Of a DNA stretch of 64,000 nt, positions 10,416 through 19,796 are shown one piece after another (the stretch's first letter is position 1; each line of letters opens with the position of its first letter). The stretch is from NCBI GenBank assembly GCA_035063585.1, contig JAPSGB010000008.1, positions 128,001 through 192,000 of the forward strand, in the 5' to 3' direction. This stretch comes from Polyangiaceae bacterium (lineage in GTDB: Bacteria; Myxococcota_A; Polyangia; Polyangiales; Polyangiaceae). The translations under genes and the position numbers were made by a program. The notes under the pieces were generated by a model that was not told where the DNA came from, did not search any database, and worked only from the letters and a program-made list of their open reading frames with translations.

Positions 10416-11779
10416 GCCACGGCCACCCGCACGAGCACGGCCACTCGCACGAGCACGGCCACTCGCACGAGCACGGCCACTCGCACGAGCACGGCCACTC
10501 GCACGAGCACGACCACTCGCACGAGCACGGCCACCACGCCGGCGCGGCTCGTGCGCCCGAGGCGCATCGCTCCGCGCTCGAGCGGGGGGCTGGGCGGGGC
10601 GCGACGCTCTTCCTCGATACCTTCAGCGGGATCGCCGGGGACATGACCATCGCCGCGCTGGTCGATCTGGGCGTGCCGTTCGAGGTGGTGCGGCGCGCGG
10701 TCGCAGCCCTGCCGCTCGAGGGCGTCGAGCTCGAGCTCGAGGCGACCTTTGCGGGCGCGATCGGCGCGACGCGCTTCGACGTGCGCTGCGCGAGCGGGCA
10801 GGGTGAGCGGAGCTTTGGCGAGATCGACCGGATGCTCGCGGGCGCCCCGCTCGACGACGCGGTCCGCGCTCTCGCGCGGCGGATCTTTCGCTCGCTCGCC
10901 GAAGCGGAGAGTGAGGTGCACCGCATCGCCATCGAGGAAGTGCATTTTCACGAGGTCGGCGCGGTCGACGCGCTCGTCGACATCGTCGGCGCGGCGGCGT
11001 GCTTCACCCACCTCGGCGCAGAGGACGTCGCGGTGACGCCGCTCCCCATGGGCCGCGGCACGGTGGAGTGTCGTCATGGAATCTTGCCGCTGCCGGCTCC
11101 CGCGACGGTCGCTTGCCTCCGCGGGCTCCCGACCGTCGACGCTGGAATCGAGGCCGAGCTGGTCACGCCGACCGGCGCCGCCATCGTCGCCACCGTCGCG
11201 ACCCGCTTCACGGCGTGGCCCGCGTTCGCGCCGGAGCGCATCGGCTGGGGCGCTGGAACGCGTAGGCTCGCGGATCGCCCGAACGCGCTGCGCGTCGTGC
11301 TCGGGCGCGCGCCCGACGCGCAGCCGCGCGAGCAGCCGACGCACGAGATCGTCGAGACCAACGTCGACGACATGACCGGCGAGCTCGCCGCGCACGTGAT
11401 CGAGGCGCTCCTCGGCGCCGGGGCGCTCGACGCCTGGGCGAGCCCGGTGATCATGAAGAAGGGGCGGCCGGCGCTGGTCATCTCGGCGCTCGGACCGCTC
11501 GGCGCCGGGGAGCGTCTCGCCGAGGTGATGCTCGAGGAGTCGAGCTCGCTCGGCGTCCGTCGCTACGGCGTCGCTCGCCTCGAGCGCCCTCGCCGGGTGG
11601 AGCTCGTCAGCACGCGCTTCGGAGTCATCCCGGTCAAGGTGAGCGGCGGCCCGTACGGCCCTCCCCAGATGAAACCGGAGTTCGACGCCTGCGCGCGCGC
11701 CGCGCGGGACGCGGGCGTGCCGGTCCGCGAGGTGCTCTCCGAGGCGCTCGCGGCGTTCAGTCAGGCCGCTCGAGGGTGA
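10412..11779 (+). CDS. larC: Nickel insertase LarC with N-terminal His-rich tandem repeat
   Basis: DTFSGIAGDM, VHFHEVGAVDALVDI, HGILPLPAPAT, ELVTPTGAAI, ETNVDD, MKKGRP, KPEFD. Confidence 0.95.
   Translation: MSHGHPHEHGHSHEHGHSHEHGHSHEHGHSHEHDHSHEHGHHAGAARAPEAHRSALERGAGRGATLFLDTFSGIAGDMTIAALVDLGVPFEVVRRAVAALPLEGVELELEATFAGAIGATRFDVRCASGQGERSFGEIDRMLAGAPLDDAVRALARRIFRSLAEAESEVHRIAIEEVHFHEVGAVDALVDIVGAAACFTHLGAEDVAVTPLPMGRGTVECRHGILPLPAPATVACLRGLPTVDAGIEAELVTPTGAAIVATVATRFTAWPAFAPERIGWGAGTRRLADRPNALRVVLGRAPDAQPREQPTHEIVETNVDDMTGELAAHVIEALLGAGALDAWASPVIMKKGRPALVISALGPLGAGERLAEVMLEESSSLGVRRYGVARLERPRRVELVSTRFGVIPVKVSGGPYGPPQMKPEFDACARAARDAGVPVREVLSEALAAFSQAARG
10418..10537 (+). repeat. 18-bp tandem repeat CACGAGCACGGCCACTCG (HEHGHS), about 6 copies
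   Basis: Four perfect units from 10430, then HEHDHS and HEHGHH variants. Confidence 0.97.
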
Positions 11780-12407
11780 GGCCGGCCGCCTCCCACCCGA
11801 GGACGCCACCATCGAGGAACGCCACCGGGACGCCCTGCTCGGCGAGCTTGGCGGCGAGCTCCTTCGTCTTGTCACCGGAACGGCAGTAGACGACCGGCGG
11901 CGACGGCAGCATGTGAAGCTCCGCCAGGCGCGTCTCGAGCTCGTCGAGCGGCATGTTGACGGCGCCGGCGAGGTGCGCCCGCTGGAACACCGCCGGCTCG
12001 CGCGTGTCGACCAGGCTCACCGCGCCCCGCTTCTGGAGCGCGGCGACCTCCTCCGGCTTCAGCGCGCCCGCGGCGCGCGGCAAGAGCGGCTCGATGAGCT
12101 CGCGGAGCTGCGCCTTTCGCAGGGCGCCGACCTTCCCGTTCACGGGCTGCCCGCGATCGAAGACCACGAAGGTCGGGACCGACTGCACGCCCATCTCGCG
12201 CGCCAGCATCGGAGCCCGGTCGATGTCGATGGACACCACCTTGGCCTTGCCCTCGAGCTCGCTCGCGAGCGCCGCGAGCTCGGGTGCCACCGTCTTGCAC
12301 GGGCCGCACCACTCCGCCCCGAATTCGACCAGCACGGGAAGCTCGCTTCGGAGGATTTCCTTCTCGAAGTTCTGCTCGGTGACCGCGAGGACCATGGGTG
12401 CCTTCAT
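11757..12407 (-). CDS. Thioredoxin-rhodanese fusion protein
   Basis: WCGPC thioredoxin domain, then LVDTRE...AHLAGAVNMP...VVYCRSG...LDGGVLGW rhodanese domain. ATG at 12407 overlaps the upstream stop. Confidence 0.9.
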   Translation of the reverse strand: MKAPMVLAVTEQNFEKEILRSELPVLVEFGAEWCGPCKTVAPELAALASELEGKAKVVSIDIDRAPMLAREMGVQSVPTFVVFDRGQPVNGKVGALRKAQLRELIEPLLPRAAGALKPEEVAALQKRGAVSLVDTREPAVFQRAHLAGAVNMPLDELETRLAELHMLPSPPVVYCRSGDKTKELAAKLAEQGVPVAFLDGGVLGWEAAGLTLERPD

Positions 12408-13279
12408 AGTCCGCTCGGGGCTCGCCGCAAGCGCTGCCTTCGCGCGAGCGCGTCGTCGAGGCCCAGCGCGACCAGGTAGACCGACCCGGTCGTGAGGAGC
12501 GCGGCGAGCGCCGGCCACACGACCACGCCCGGGCCGCCGCCGGCGGCCAAGAGGGCGCCCCACGACGGCAGCGGCGCCGGCAAGTCGACGCCGAGGTAGC
12601 CGAGGGCGGCCTCCAGTCCGACCACGGCAGCCGCGCTGAAGGCCGCCGCGGTGAGCGCCGGAGTCAGCGCATGAGGCAAGACGTGCCTCACCAGCACCTC
12701 GCGCGGCGAGGCGCCGAGCGCGCGCGCGGCCAGCACGAACTCCTCGCCGCCGACCCGCAGCACCTCTCCGCGAGTGAGCCGCGCGATGCGCACCGCGCGC
12801 GTCACGGCGAGCGCCGCGATCAGCGAGAATGCGTCGGGCCTGTCCTGCGCCATCCACGCTACGCCCACCACGACGAGCGTGGGCCACGCCCCGAGGAATT
12901 CGACCAGCCGCGCGAGGAGCGCGTCGGCGAGCGGGGAGAGGTAGCCCGACACGACGCCGAGCGGCACCCCCAAGAGGAGGCTGAGCGCGAGCACCGCAGC
13001 CGACGTGCCGAGCGCGCCGGGGAGCCCGCGCAGGGTTTCCCGCAGCGCTTCGTGGCTGGCCATCGCGTTTCCAGCGGGAGACCGGGCGGCGTTCCGCGCC
13101 GGGCCGCCCGGCCAGCCGTCGACTCGAATCGCGGATGGGCCCGACGCGGGGTCGCGAACCAGGTGCTCGACGCGCTCGGTCGAGCGCACGTCGCTCCAGC
13201 CGAGGGCCCCGACGAACAGCGTGAGCAGTGCGAGCAGCGCGAGCGTGAGCACCCCGAGCCGAGCCAGGGCCGCGATCAT
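12404..13279 (-). CDS. ABC transporter permease, OppC/DppC/NikC-like
   Basis: ARLTRGEVL...EEFVLAARALGAS...RHVLP EAA loop; EAALGYLG...PSWG. Confidence 0.88.
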   Translation of the reverse strand: MIAALARLGVLTLALLALLTLFVGALGWSDVRSTERVEHLVRDPASGPSAIRVDGWPGGPARNAARSPAGNAMASHEALRETLRGLPGALGTSAAVLALSLLLGVPLGVVSGYLSPLADALLARLVEFLGAWPTLVVVGVAWMAQDRPDAFSLIAALAVTRAVRIARLTRGEVLRVGGEEFVLAARALGASPREVLVRHVLPHALTPALTAAAFSAAAVVGLEAALGYLGVDLPAPLPSWGALLAAGGGPGVVVWPALAALLTTGSVYLVALGLDDALARRQRLRRAPSGL

Positions 13280-14748
13280 CCGTCGAAGGCTCCCCGCGCG
13301 CGTCTCGCGCCCGCGCGAACTCGAGGGTCGAGCGCGGCGAGCGCCAGATCGGTCGCGATCTGGAGGAGCGCCACCCCGACCACCCCGAGCAGTCCGAGCG
13401 TCATCAGCCACCCGATGTCATGAGCTCGCAGCGCCTCGACGGTGACCGCGCCGAGCCCCCCGAGGTGGAACCCTCGCTCGACCACGAAGGCCATCGTCAC
13501 CATCACGGGAGCGTCGACGGCTGCGAGCGAGAGGGTCGCAGCGCACGAGCCGCGGAGTCCCCGGAGCGCGACCCGTGTCCGCGATGCCCCGAAAGCACGC
13601 TCCGTGCGCGCCGCGTCTCCGGTCGCCAGCGAGCGCGCCGCGGCGCGCTGATGCCGCGATACGAGCGCGGCCGAGCCGAGCAGCATGAGGAGCGCCGCGC
13701 CGAGGCGGTCTCCGAGCGAGGCGTCCGCGGGGCCGAGCCACGGGGCGAGCACGGAGACGGGCAGCGCGACGAGCGAAACCGCCAGCACCGACGACGCGGC
13801 CTCGAGCCGAGACCCCGCGAAGGCCGCCCCGAGCGCTCCCCACACGGCGCCGCACAGGTACCCACCCAGCAGGCCGACCGCGAAGAGCCAGAGCGTCACG
13901 GGCGCTTGCGCGCGGAGCACGTCGAGGACACGCCGGCCGTCGCCGAGCACTCCCAGGCGATCTCCGGCAGCCTCTCGCGCCCAGTGCCCGTAGCGAGTCT
14001 CGGTGACCATCGCGCCGAGCCGCGCCGGCCCGTCGAAGGTGACATACGCTGCCTGGTTCTCGCCCCACCAGCGACGCCAACGGGTGACGACGCGGTTCGC
14101 CTCCGCAGGGGTGGCGTCGGCGGGGACGCGCCACTCGTTGCCCGTGATGTGGGCGGCGAGCCGAGTGAGGCGGTAGATCCGCGCGACGTCTTCGGCTGTG
14201 CGCGCGACGCCGAGCGTCTTCATGATGTCGGGGAGCGCGAACGTGTCGAGCCCCTGCACATCGGCGCGTCGCAGGGAAGAAGCTCGCGTCGCGGTGCGTC
14301 CGATCAGGCGCTGCGCGACCTGCGGGCGAAAGTCGATGGCTCGCTCTCGCCAGAAACGCAGCCAAAACATCACGGCGGCATCCGGCGAAGCGAGCTCTTC
14401 GGCGCTCGCCACCCCCATCCGCTCGGCGAGCGGGGTGAGCGCCTGCGCCACGCGGGCGCGACCCGCGGGCGACATCGCGTCGAGTCGCGGGAGGACGTGC
14501 GGGAGCGCCGCGCCGCCCAGGCGGACGAGCTCCCGCGCGGCGTCGGCGGAGGCCGCGTCACCGGCGGCGAGGTGAGCGGTCGCCCGGGTCGCGAGGCTCC
14601 GCACGTCGTTCGGCGATGGGTTGAAGAAGCGCGGCAAGCGCGCGCCGGGCGCGGTCGCCGCGGCGCTGGTGAGCGTGAGGAAGAGCAGGACGGACGTGGC
14701 GAGCAGCGTCGGCACGACCCAGAGGACCCGCCGGAGCGCGTGTCGCAT
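13276..14748 (-). CDS. ABC transporter permease, OppB/DppB-like, with a large helical periplasmic insertion
   Basis: N-terminal TM; C-terminal VVERGFHLGGLG...AHDI...DLALAALDPRVR typical of OppB; EAA loop degenerate (ARTERAFGAS). Confidence 0.8.
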   Translation of the reverse strand: MRHALRRVLWVVPTLLATSVLLFLTLTSAAATAPGARLPRFFNPSPNDVRSLATRATAHLAAGDAASADAARELVRLGGAALPHVLPRLDAMSPAGRARVAQALTPLAERMGVASAEELASPDAAVMFWLRFWRERAIDFRPQVAQRLIGRTATRASSLRRADVQGLDTFALPDIMKTLGVARTAEDVARIYRLTRLAAHITGNEWRVPADATPAEANRVVTRWRRWWGENQAAYVTFDGPARLGAMVTETRYGHWAREAAGDRLGVLGDGRRVLDVLRAQAPVTLWLFAVGLLGGYLCGAVWGALGAAFAGSRLEAASSVLAVSLVALPVSVLAPWLGPADASLGDRLGAALLMLLGSAALVSRHQRAAARSLATGDAARTERAFGASRTRVALRGLRGSCAATLSLAAVDAPVMVTMAFVVERGFHLGGLGAVTVEALRAHDIGWLMTLGLLGVVGVALLQIATDLALAALDPRVRAGARRARGAFDG

Positions 14749-14761
14749 GACGAGCGGGCTC

Positions 14762-15979
14762 TCAGTGCTTGGCGAGCACCCAGTAGCCGGTCACGGCGAC
14801 GAGCAGGAGGGCGCTCAGCATCAGCAGCCCGACCACCGAGGGAGGCAGGCCGCTGGTCGGCAGCTCTACCGGATCGTCATCGGCCTGGTAGGGAGCGGGC
14901 GGCGGAAACGACGAGGGGCGCGCAAGGGTTGCTGCCGCCGGCGCGGGTTGCGCCGCCTGCGCGGCGGGCGCGGTGATTCCCACCATCGTGTGCCCGACTC
15001 GCAGGCGGCGGGACTCGCGCTGCACCTCCTCGCTCTCTCTGATCGGCGCGGGCTCCGATGGGGGAGCGGGCTCGGCGGCACGCGCCTCGGCCTGCTCGAG
15101 CTCCGGCAGCGCGTACTTCTGGTAGCGGGCAGGCTCGTGGTGCTCGCTGAGCGGAGGAACTCCGTCGCCGTCGAAGCGCGCCACGATCACCGTGATGTTG
15201 TCGTGTCCTCCGGCGAGGTTCGCGCGTTCCGTGAGCACCTTGCAGGCGTCGATGGGCTCCGGGTTCGCGAGCAAGACCTCGCGGATCTCGTGCGATCGGA
15301 TCATCCCCGACAGACCATCGGAGCAGATCATCAGCAGGTCGTTCTGGCAGAGATCGATGTAGGTGAGATCCACCTGCACGGTCTCCGCGGTGCCGAGCGC
15401 CTGCAGGATGATGTTGTTGTGCTCGAAGGTCTCTGCTTCTTCCTCGGTGAGCTGTCCCGCCTCGATGAGCTGCGTTACCAGCGACTGGTCGCGGGTCACC
15501 TGGGTCAGCACGCCGCCGCGGAGCAGGTATGCGCGGCTGTCGCCGACTTGAGCCAGGAAGAGGCGAGGGCCGAGCAGCGCGGTGATGGTCGAGGTCGTGC
15601 CCATGCCGCGCCGTGAGCGGTCCGCGCGGGCCTCGGTGAAGATCCGTATCCCGGCCTCTTCGACCGCGCGCACCAGTCGCCGGGCGAGCTCGTCCTCGGC
15701 TTCGGGCGGATCGCCCTGGCTGAGCTTCTCGTAGATGATGTCGACCGCGAGCTGGCTCGCGACCTCGCCGGCCGCGGCGCCGCCCATCCCGTCGCACACC
15801 CCCATCACGGTTCCGCGCTCGCCGACCGTCTGGTGGCGATCGGCCTCCATGAGGCTCCGGCTCCGCCGGGTTAGATCCGCGATGAGGAAATTGTCCTCAT
15901 TGTGCTCGCGGATCTGGCCGACGTCGGTGCGGCCGAAGAGGCTGATCCGAACCTCTCCCCGGTGCCGAGCGCCGCTCAT
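14762..15979 (-). CDS. PP2C-family Ser/Thr phosphatase with C-terminal TM helix
   Basis: TDVGQIREHNED, VCDGMGG, GMGTT, QVGDSRAY, CSDGLS, GGHDNITV. Confidence 0.93.
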   Translation of the reverse strand: MSGARHRGEVRISLFGRTDVGQIREHNEDNFLIADLTRRSRSLMEADRHQTVGERGTVMGVCDGMGGAAAGEVASQLAVDIIYEKLSQGDPPEAEDELARRLVRAVEEAGIRIFTEARADRSRRGMGTTSTITALLGPRLFLAQVGDSRAYLLRGGVLTQVTRDQSLVTQLIEAGQLTEEEAETFEHNNIILQALGTAETVQVDLTYIDLCQNDLLMICSDGLSGMIRSHEIREVLLANPEPIDACKVLTERANLAGGHDNITVIVARFDGDGVPPLSEHHEPARYQKYALPELEQAEARAAEPAPPSEPAPIRESEEVQRESRRLRVGHTMVGITAPAAQAAQPAPAAATLARPSSFPPPAPYQADDDPVELPTSGLPPSVVGLLMLSALLLVAVTGYWVLAKH

Positions 15980-17310
15980 GCCGGGGCCCATCCGCTCCGC
16001 GCGAGGTCGAGCCGGAACAAGTGCTGGCCGATCCGCAGGTGGTCCCCCGGCTCGATCTCGACCTCTGCACGGATCGCCAGGTAGGTGCCGTTCGAGGAAC
16101 CGAGGTCGCGGAGGGTGTACTTTCCTTCGCCTTCTTGGGAGATGCTGGCGTGACGCCGACTCATGAAAGGGTCCGTGGTGAAGACGATATTGCCTGATTC
16201 GCGACCGATCACGGTTTCTTTTTCCGAGAGGTAGAAGACGTCCCGAATCGTCCCCTCCACCGTTCGCCGACACAAGCGGGCGTGCCAGGGCGAGGCCGGC
16301 GACCCAAAGACCAGCGTGCCTCGCTCGGTCGCCGGGCCGAGCCCCTTCTCCGTGTCGCTCACGGCCTCGAACCTTAACACCTCGAGGCCGACCAATACCA
16401 AGTCGGCGTGGTGGAGCGGCTCCGGTCGCCGCAATCTCACGTAGATGCCATTTACCGACTCGAGGTCGCGGACGAAGAAGCGGCTGCCCCGCCGGACGAC
16501 TCGGGCGTGCCGGGGGGACACGTACGGGTCGTTCGGCAGCAGGATTTCTCCCTCCTCCCGGCCGATGTCGGTCTGGTCCGCGCTAAGCTCGTAGGTATTG
16601 CCGGCGGTGCCGTCCTGGGCGATGACGACGAGGCGCGCCGGCGAGACCGGCGGCGCGCCGACGTACTGGGCCACCGTCGCCGGCTGTCGGGCGGAGGCCG
16701 ACGGACGCGGCGGCTGGGACCGCGGAGCAGGAGCCGTCGAGGGGGGCGCCTCGACGCTCACGGCTGGGCGTGACGCCGCCGGGTGGGGCTGGGCCGGCGC
16801 GGCCGGCGGCGCGCCCGCGGTCGCCGGATCGAGCCGCGCCCCGCAGAATTGGCAGAAGCTCATGGGCCCGACGTTGGTTCCGCGGCACCGGGCGCACACG
16901 ACGCGCGGCTCCGGGGAGGCGGGCGGACCGGTGACCTCCACCACCCGAGCGCCCACCACGTGCACGGGCTGCGCCTCCCGCGGCGCGGGAGGCGCGGGCG
17001 CGGTCGCCTCGGCGGGCGCCGGGTTCAGCGGTACTCCGCACTCCGCGCAGAAGCGGCTGCCCGACAGGTTGACGGTGCGGCAACGCGCGCAGAGCACTCC
17101 GGAGGGGCGAGTCGGAGCAGCGCGCGGGGAGAAGTCGAAGCTCGGCGCGGCCGGTCGCGAGCGCACGGCGCTCGGATCAAAGAGTTGCGGGGGCACCGCC
17201 GGCACGCCACGCGGCGGCGTCGGCTCGACCGGCGCTGCGAGTCGGTTCCCGCAGTCTTGGCAGAACCTGAGCTGGTCCGGGTTGTCCCGCCCGCAGCGGC
17301 TGCACCTCAC
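15976..17310 (-). CDS. Protein with three double zinc ribbons and tandem FHA domains
   Basis: Three CxxC...FCxxCG units; two FHA domains (IGR...VSPRHA...DLESVNG and IGR...MSRRHA...DLGSSNGT). GTG start at 17310. Confidence 0.9.
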   Translation of the reverse strand: MRCSRCGRDNPDQLRFCQDCGNRLAAPVEPTPPRGVPAVPPQLFDPSAVRSRPAAPSFDFSPRAAPTRPSGVLCARCRTVNLSGSRFCAECGVPLNPAPAEATAPAPPAPREAQPVHVVGARVVEVTGPPASPEPRVVCARCRGTNVGPMSFCQFCGARLDPATAGAPPAAPAQPHPAASRPAVSVEAPPSTAPAPRSQPPRPSASARQPATVAQYVGAPPVSPARLVVIAQDGTAGNTYELSADQTDIGREEGEILLPNDPYVSPRHARVVRRGSRFFVRDLESVNGIYVRLRRPEPLHHADLVLVGLEVLRFEAVSDTEKGLGPATERGTLVFGSPASPWHARLCRRTVEGTIRDVFYLSEKETVIGRESGNIVFTTDPFMSRRHASISQEGEGKYTLRDLGSSNGTYLAIRAEVEIEPGDHLRIGQHLFRLDLARSGWAPA

Positions 17311-17357
17311 ACGAGCAGGGGAACCCTCTCCTACCAGCCGAGTCAAGCGGGATCCTC

Positions 17358-18005
17358 CTACCACCGCGGCAGCGGGTCGCGAACCTCGACGATGACCTCG
17401 AGGGCCATGAGTTGGGCGAGCCCGAACCCGAGGAATCGGTCCGCGCGGCGCTGGTGCGCGTCGTCGGTCCAGCCGCGGAGCAGGAGGGCGCGGTAGGCGA
17501 CGCCGGCCCCGACCACGGCGGTTCGAGTGAGCTGATACTCGACGCCGGCGCCGAGGAAGCTCACGACCCCGCCCGTGTCCGTGCCCCACTCGTTGCCGTA
17601 GAAGGCGGCCCCGAGCCCTCCGGTCAGGTACGGTGTGGTCCGGTTCCCGGTGTCGAAATAGTAGCGAAATTCGCCTCGAAGTTGCTGCAGGATCCCCAGC
17701 CGGAGCAGGTTGGACGAGTCCTGGCGCGAGAACTCGTAGGCGCCGCCTGCATACCACGGGCCCCGGGAACGGTAGCCGACTCGGATGGCCGGCCCGAGCC
17801 CTGAACCCAGGATGCAGGGCGTCGTAGCGTCGGCTGGGCAGACGTCTCCGGCCGAGAGGACGGTCTCGGTGGACAGCGCGGCGCCATACTGCGCGTAGTG
17901 GAAGTTCGTGGGCGGGGGCCGCACGGGTTCCGCGCCCGCTCTCGGCGAGGTCGCCGCCGCGACCGCGACCGCTACCGCGGTGAGGCCTCGAGTTCGCCCT
18001 CGCAT
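17358..18005 (-). CDS. Outer-membrane beta-barrel-like protein
   Basis: Signal peptide; strands RVGYR, GGAYEF, RYYF, PYLTGGLG, GAGVEYQL. Confidence 0.65.
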   Translation of the reverse strand: MRGRTRGLTAVAVAVAAATSPRAGAEPVRPPPTNFHYAQYGAALSTETVLSAGDVCPADATTPCILGSGLGPAIRVGYRSRGPWYAGGAYEFSRQDSSNLLRLGILQQLRGEFRYYFDTGNRTTPYLTGGLGAAFYGNEWGTDTGGVVSFLGAGVEYQLTRTAVVGAGVAYRALLLRGWTDDAHQRRADRFLGFGLAQLMALEVIVEVRDPLPRW

Positions 18006-18242
18006 CGGCTCTTGCCTACACCAATCGGGGCGGGATCGCCCGTTCTCGGAGGCGCCCGGCCCGCCATCGCGGCCGGCCGGTCCTCCACCGCCCGGCGCCA
18101 CCGCGCGGCCCGGAACCCCCGATGAGCGTCGACTCGACGGGCTCGGCAGCGCAGCCCCCGGGCTCCATCGTCGTCACCGGCCTTGACTATCCCGCGAGCC
18201 ATCGTCTAAACGCGGGGCGAGGTTCACGGAGAGAAGAGCCAG

Positions 18243-18647
18243 ATGGAGATCTACCTCGACAGACGCGCCGTCCGGCAGGTTCGATTGTCCGCCGAGGAGG
18301 CGATCGAAGAGGGCGACACCGAATCGCTCGGCGAGGACATCCTCGAGGCGTTCACGGAGGAGCAGGTAGAGGAGATCGAGCGCCGCCTGGACAACGGCGA
18401 CTTCTACGAGTTTCTCACCGACGTGATCGACGAGTGGAGCGGCGACGACGTCGATGAGCTCCTCGAGCTCCTCGAGACTCAGCTCGGCGAGCTCGGCATC
18501 GATCTCAAGACCGAAGTCAAGGGCGAGGCCGACGAAGAGGGCTCCGACGCCCACGAAGACGATGACGAGGACGGCGAGGACAGCGACGAGGACGACGATG
18601 AGCTCGACGCCGACGCCGACGACGAAGCAGAGGAAGAAGGCGACTGA
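18243..18647 (+). CDS. Highly acidic hypothetical protein
   Basis: Purine-rich upstream RBS-like sequence; GC3-biased codons; 59 of 134 residues are D/E by hand count. Confidence 0.75.
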   Translation: MEIYLDRRAVRQVRLSAEEAIEEGDTESLGEDILEAFTEEQVEEIERRLDNGDFYEFLTDVIDEWSGDDVDELLELLETQLGELGIDLKTEVKGEADEEGSDAHEDDDEDGEDSDEDDDELDADADDEAEEEGD

Positions 18648-18683
18648 GCGCGGAGCGGCTGGACCTCGGTCGTCGTCCGCCGA

Positions 18684-19796
18684 TCAAGGCTCGCCGTCGT
18701 CGCCGCCGAGCCCGAGCGCTTGCCGAGCCTCGCGAGCGACGTAGTCTCGGCAGGGGCGCTCGGCCGTCGGTGCGGGCATCGACGCGCAGAGCGTGCTCGC
18801 GCACGGCACATAGCGCGAGTCCGGCAGACCGCGAGCGAGCTCCCCGAGCGCGCGGCAGGCGGCCGCTTCGTCGCCCGCCTCGCGCGCGAGGAGCGCCTCG
18901 TTCCACAGCGCGTCGTCCCGAAGCAGGCTGGTCGGATGGTGCGTCCATACCGCGTGGAACGCGCGCCGGGCCGCCGCCGCGTCTTTCAAGCGATCTCGGT
19001 AGAGCACCGCGATGCGAAAGCGGGCGGGGGCGTAGCGCGGTCGCTCGTACGAGCCGTTCATCCCCGACGGCTCCTGCTCGGCGAGCATCCGCTCGAGCAC
19101 CGCGATGGCGGCCCGGTAGTCTCCGAGCTGCTCGTCGATGAGCGAGAGCTCCCAGAGCGAGTCGTCCCAGAGCGCTCCCGACGGATACGGGAATCGCTCC
19201 GCGACGTACTCGAAGCGCCGCTTGGCGTCGGCGAGCCTGCCCGCTGCTTCGAGGGCTCGCGCGTAGGCGTAGTGCGCTTGCTCGGCCATTTCGGTGCGGT
19301 CGAGGCGGGGGAGCCACCCGTCCAGCCACGCGAGCGCCGCCGAGGCGCCCCCCGAGTCCATCTTCCACGCCATGAGCCGCTGAAAGGCCGGCTTCGCGAG
19401 GCCGGAAGTCGGATAGCGCTCGACGAACGCCTGCAGCTTCGCGTAGCCCGCATCGGCCGAGCCGCGACGGATCTCGTCGAGCGCGAGCTCGAAGGCCGCG
19501 CGCGCGGCGCGGTCGCTCCGCGGCGCGTCCAGGATGAGCTGGCGGTAGAGCCCGGCGGCCTGCTCGTGCCGCCCCGCGCGGGTGTAGCTCGCGGCCGCGC
19601 GATAGGTCGCCTCGCGCTGGTCCCGTGGTGAGCCAGCGACCTTCGCCGCCTCGAGCCAGCGCTCGGCCGCCTCGTCGTAGCGCCCGGCGACGTAAGAGCG
19701 CTCCGCCGCCGAGCGCGCCTCGAGGTACGCGCGCGGCAGTGTCGGCGCGCAGCCGAGCGCGAGCGACACGGCGATGGCGATCCCGAGCGTCTTCAC
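18684..19796 (-). CDS. TPR-repeat lipoprotein
   Basis: Lipobox ALGC; repeated TPR/BamD-like ...ERYPTS, ...ERFPYP, ...HHPTS helices. Confidence 0.8.
   Translation of the reverse strand: MKTLGIAIAVSLALGCAPTLPRAYLEARSAAERSYVAGRYDEAAERWLEAAKVAGSPRDQREATYRAAASYTRAGRHEQAAGLYRQLILDAPRSDRAARAAFELALDEIRRGSADAGYAKLQAFVERYPTSGLAKPAFQRLMAWKMDSGGASAALAWLDGWLPRLDRTEMAEQAHYAYARALEAAGRLADAKRRFEYVAERFPYPSGALWDDSLWELSLIDEQLGDYRAAIAVLERMLAEQEPSGMNGSYERPRYAPARFRIAVLYRDRLKDAAAARRAFHAVWTHHPTSLLRDDALWNEALLAREAGDEAAACRALGELARGLPDSRYVPCASTLCASMPAPTAERPCRDYVAREARQALGLGGDDGEP

Noticed and set aside
10418..10537. Regular short repeats as a possible CRISPR array
   Set aside because: Head-to-tail in-frame coding repeats with no spacers and no cas genes.
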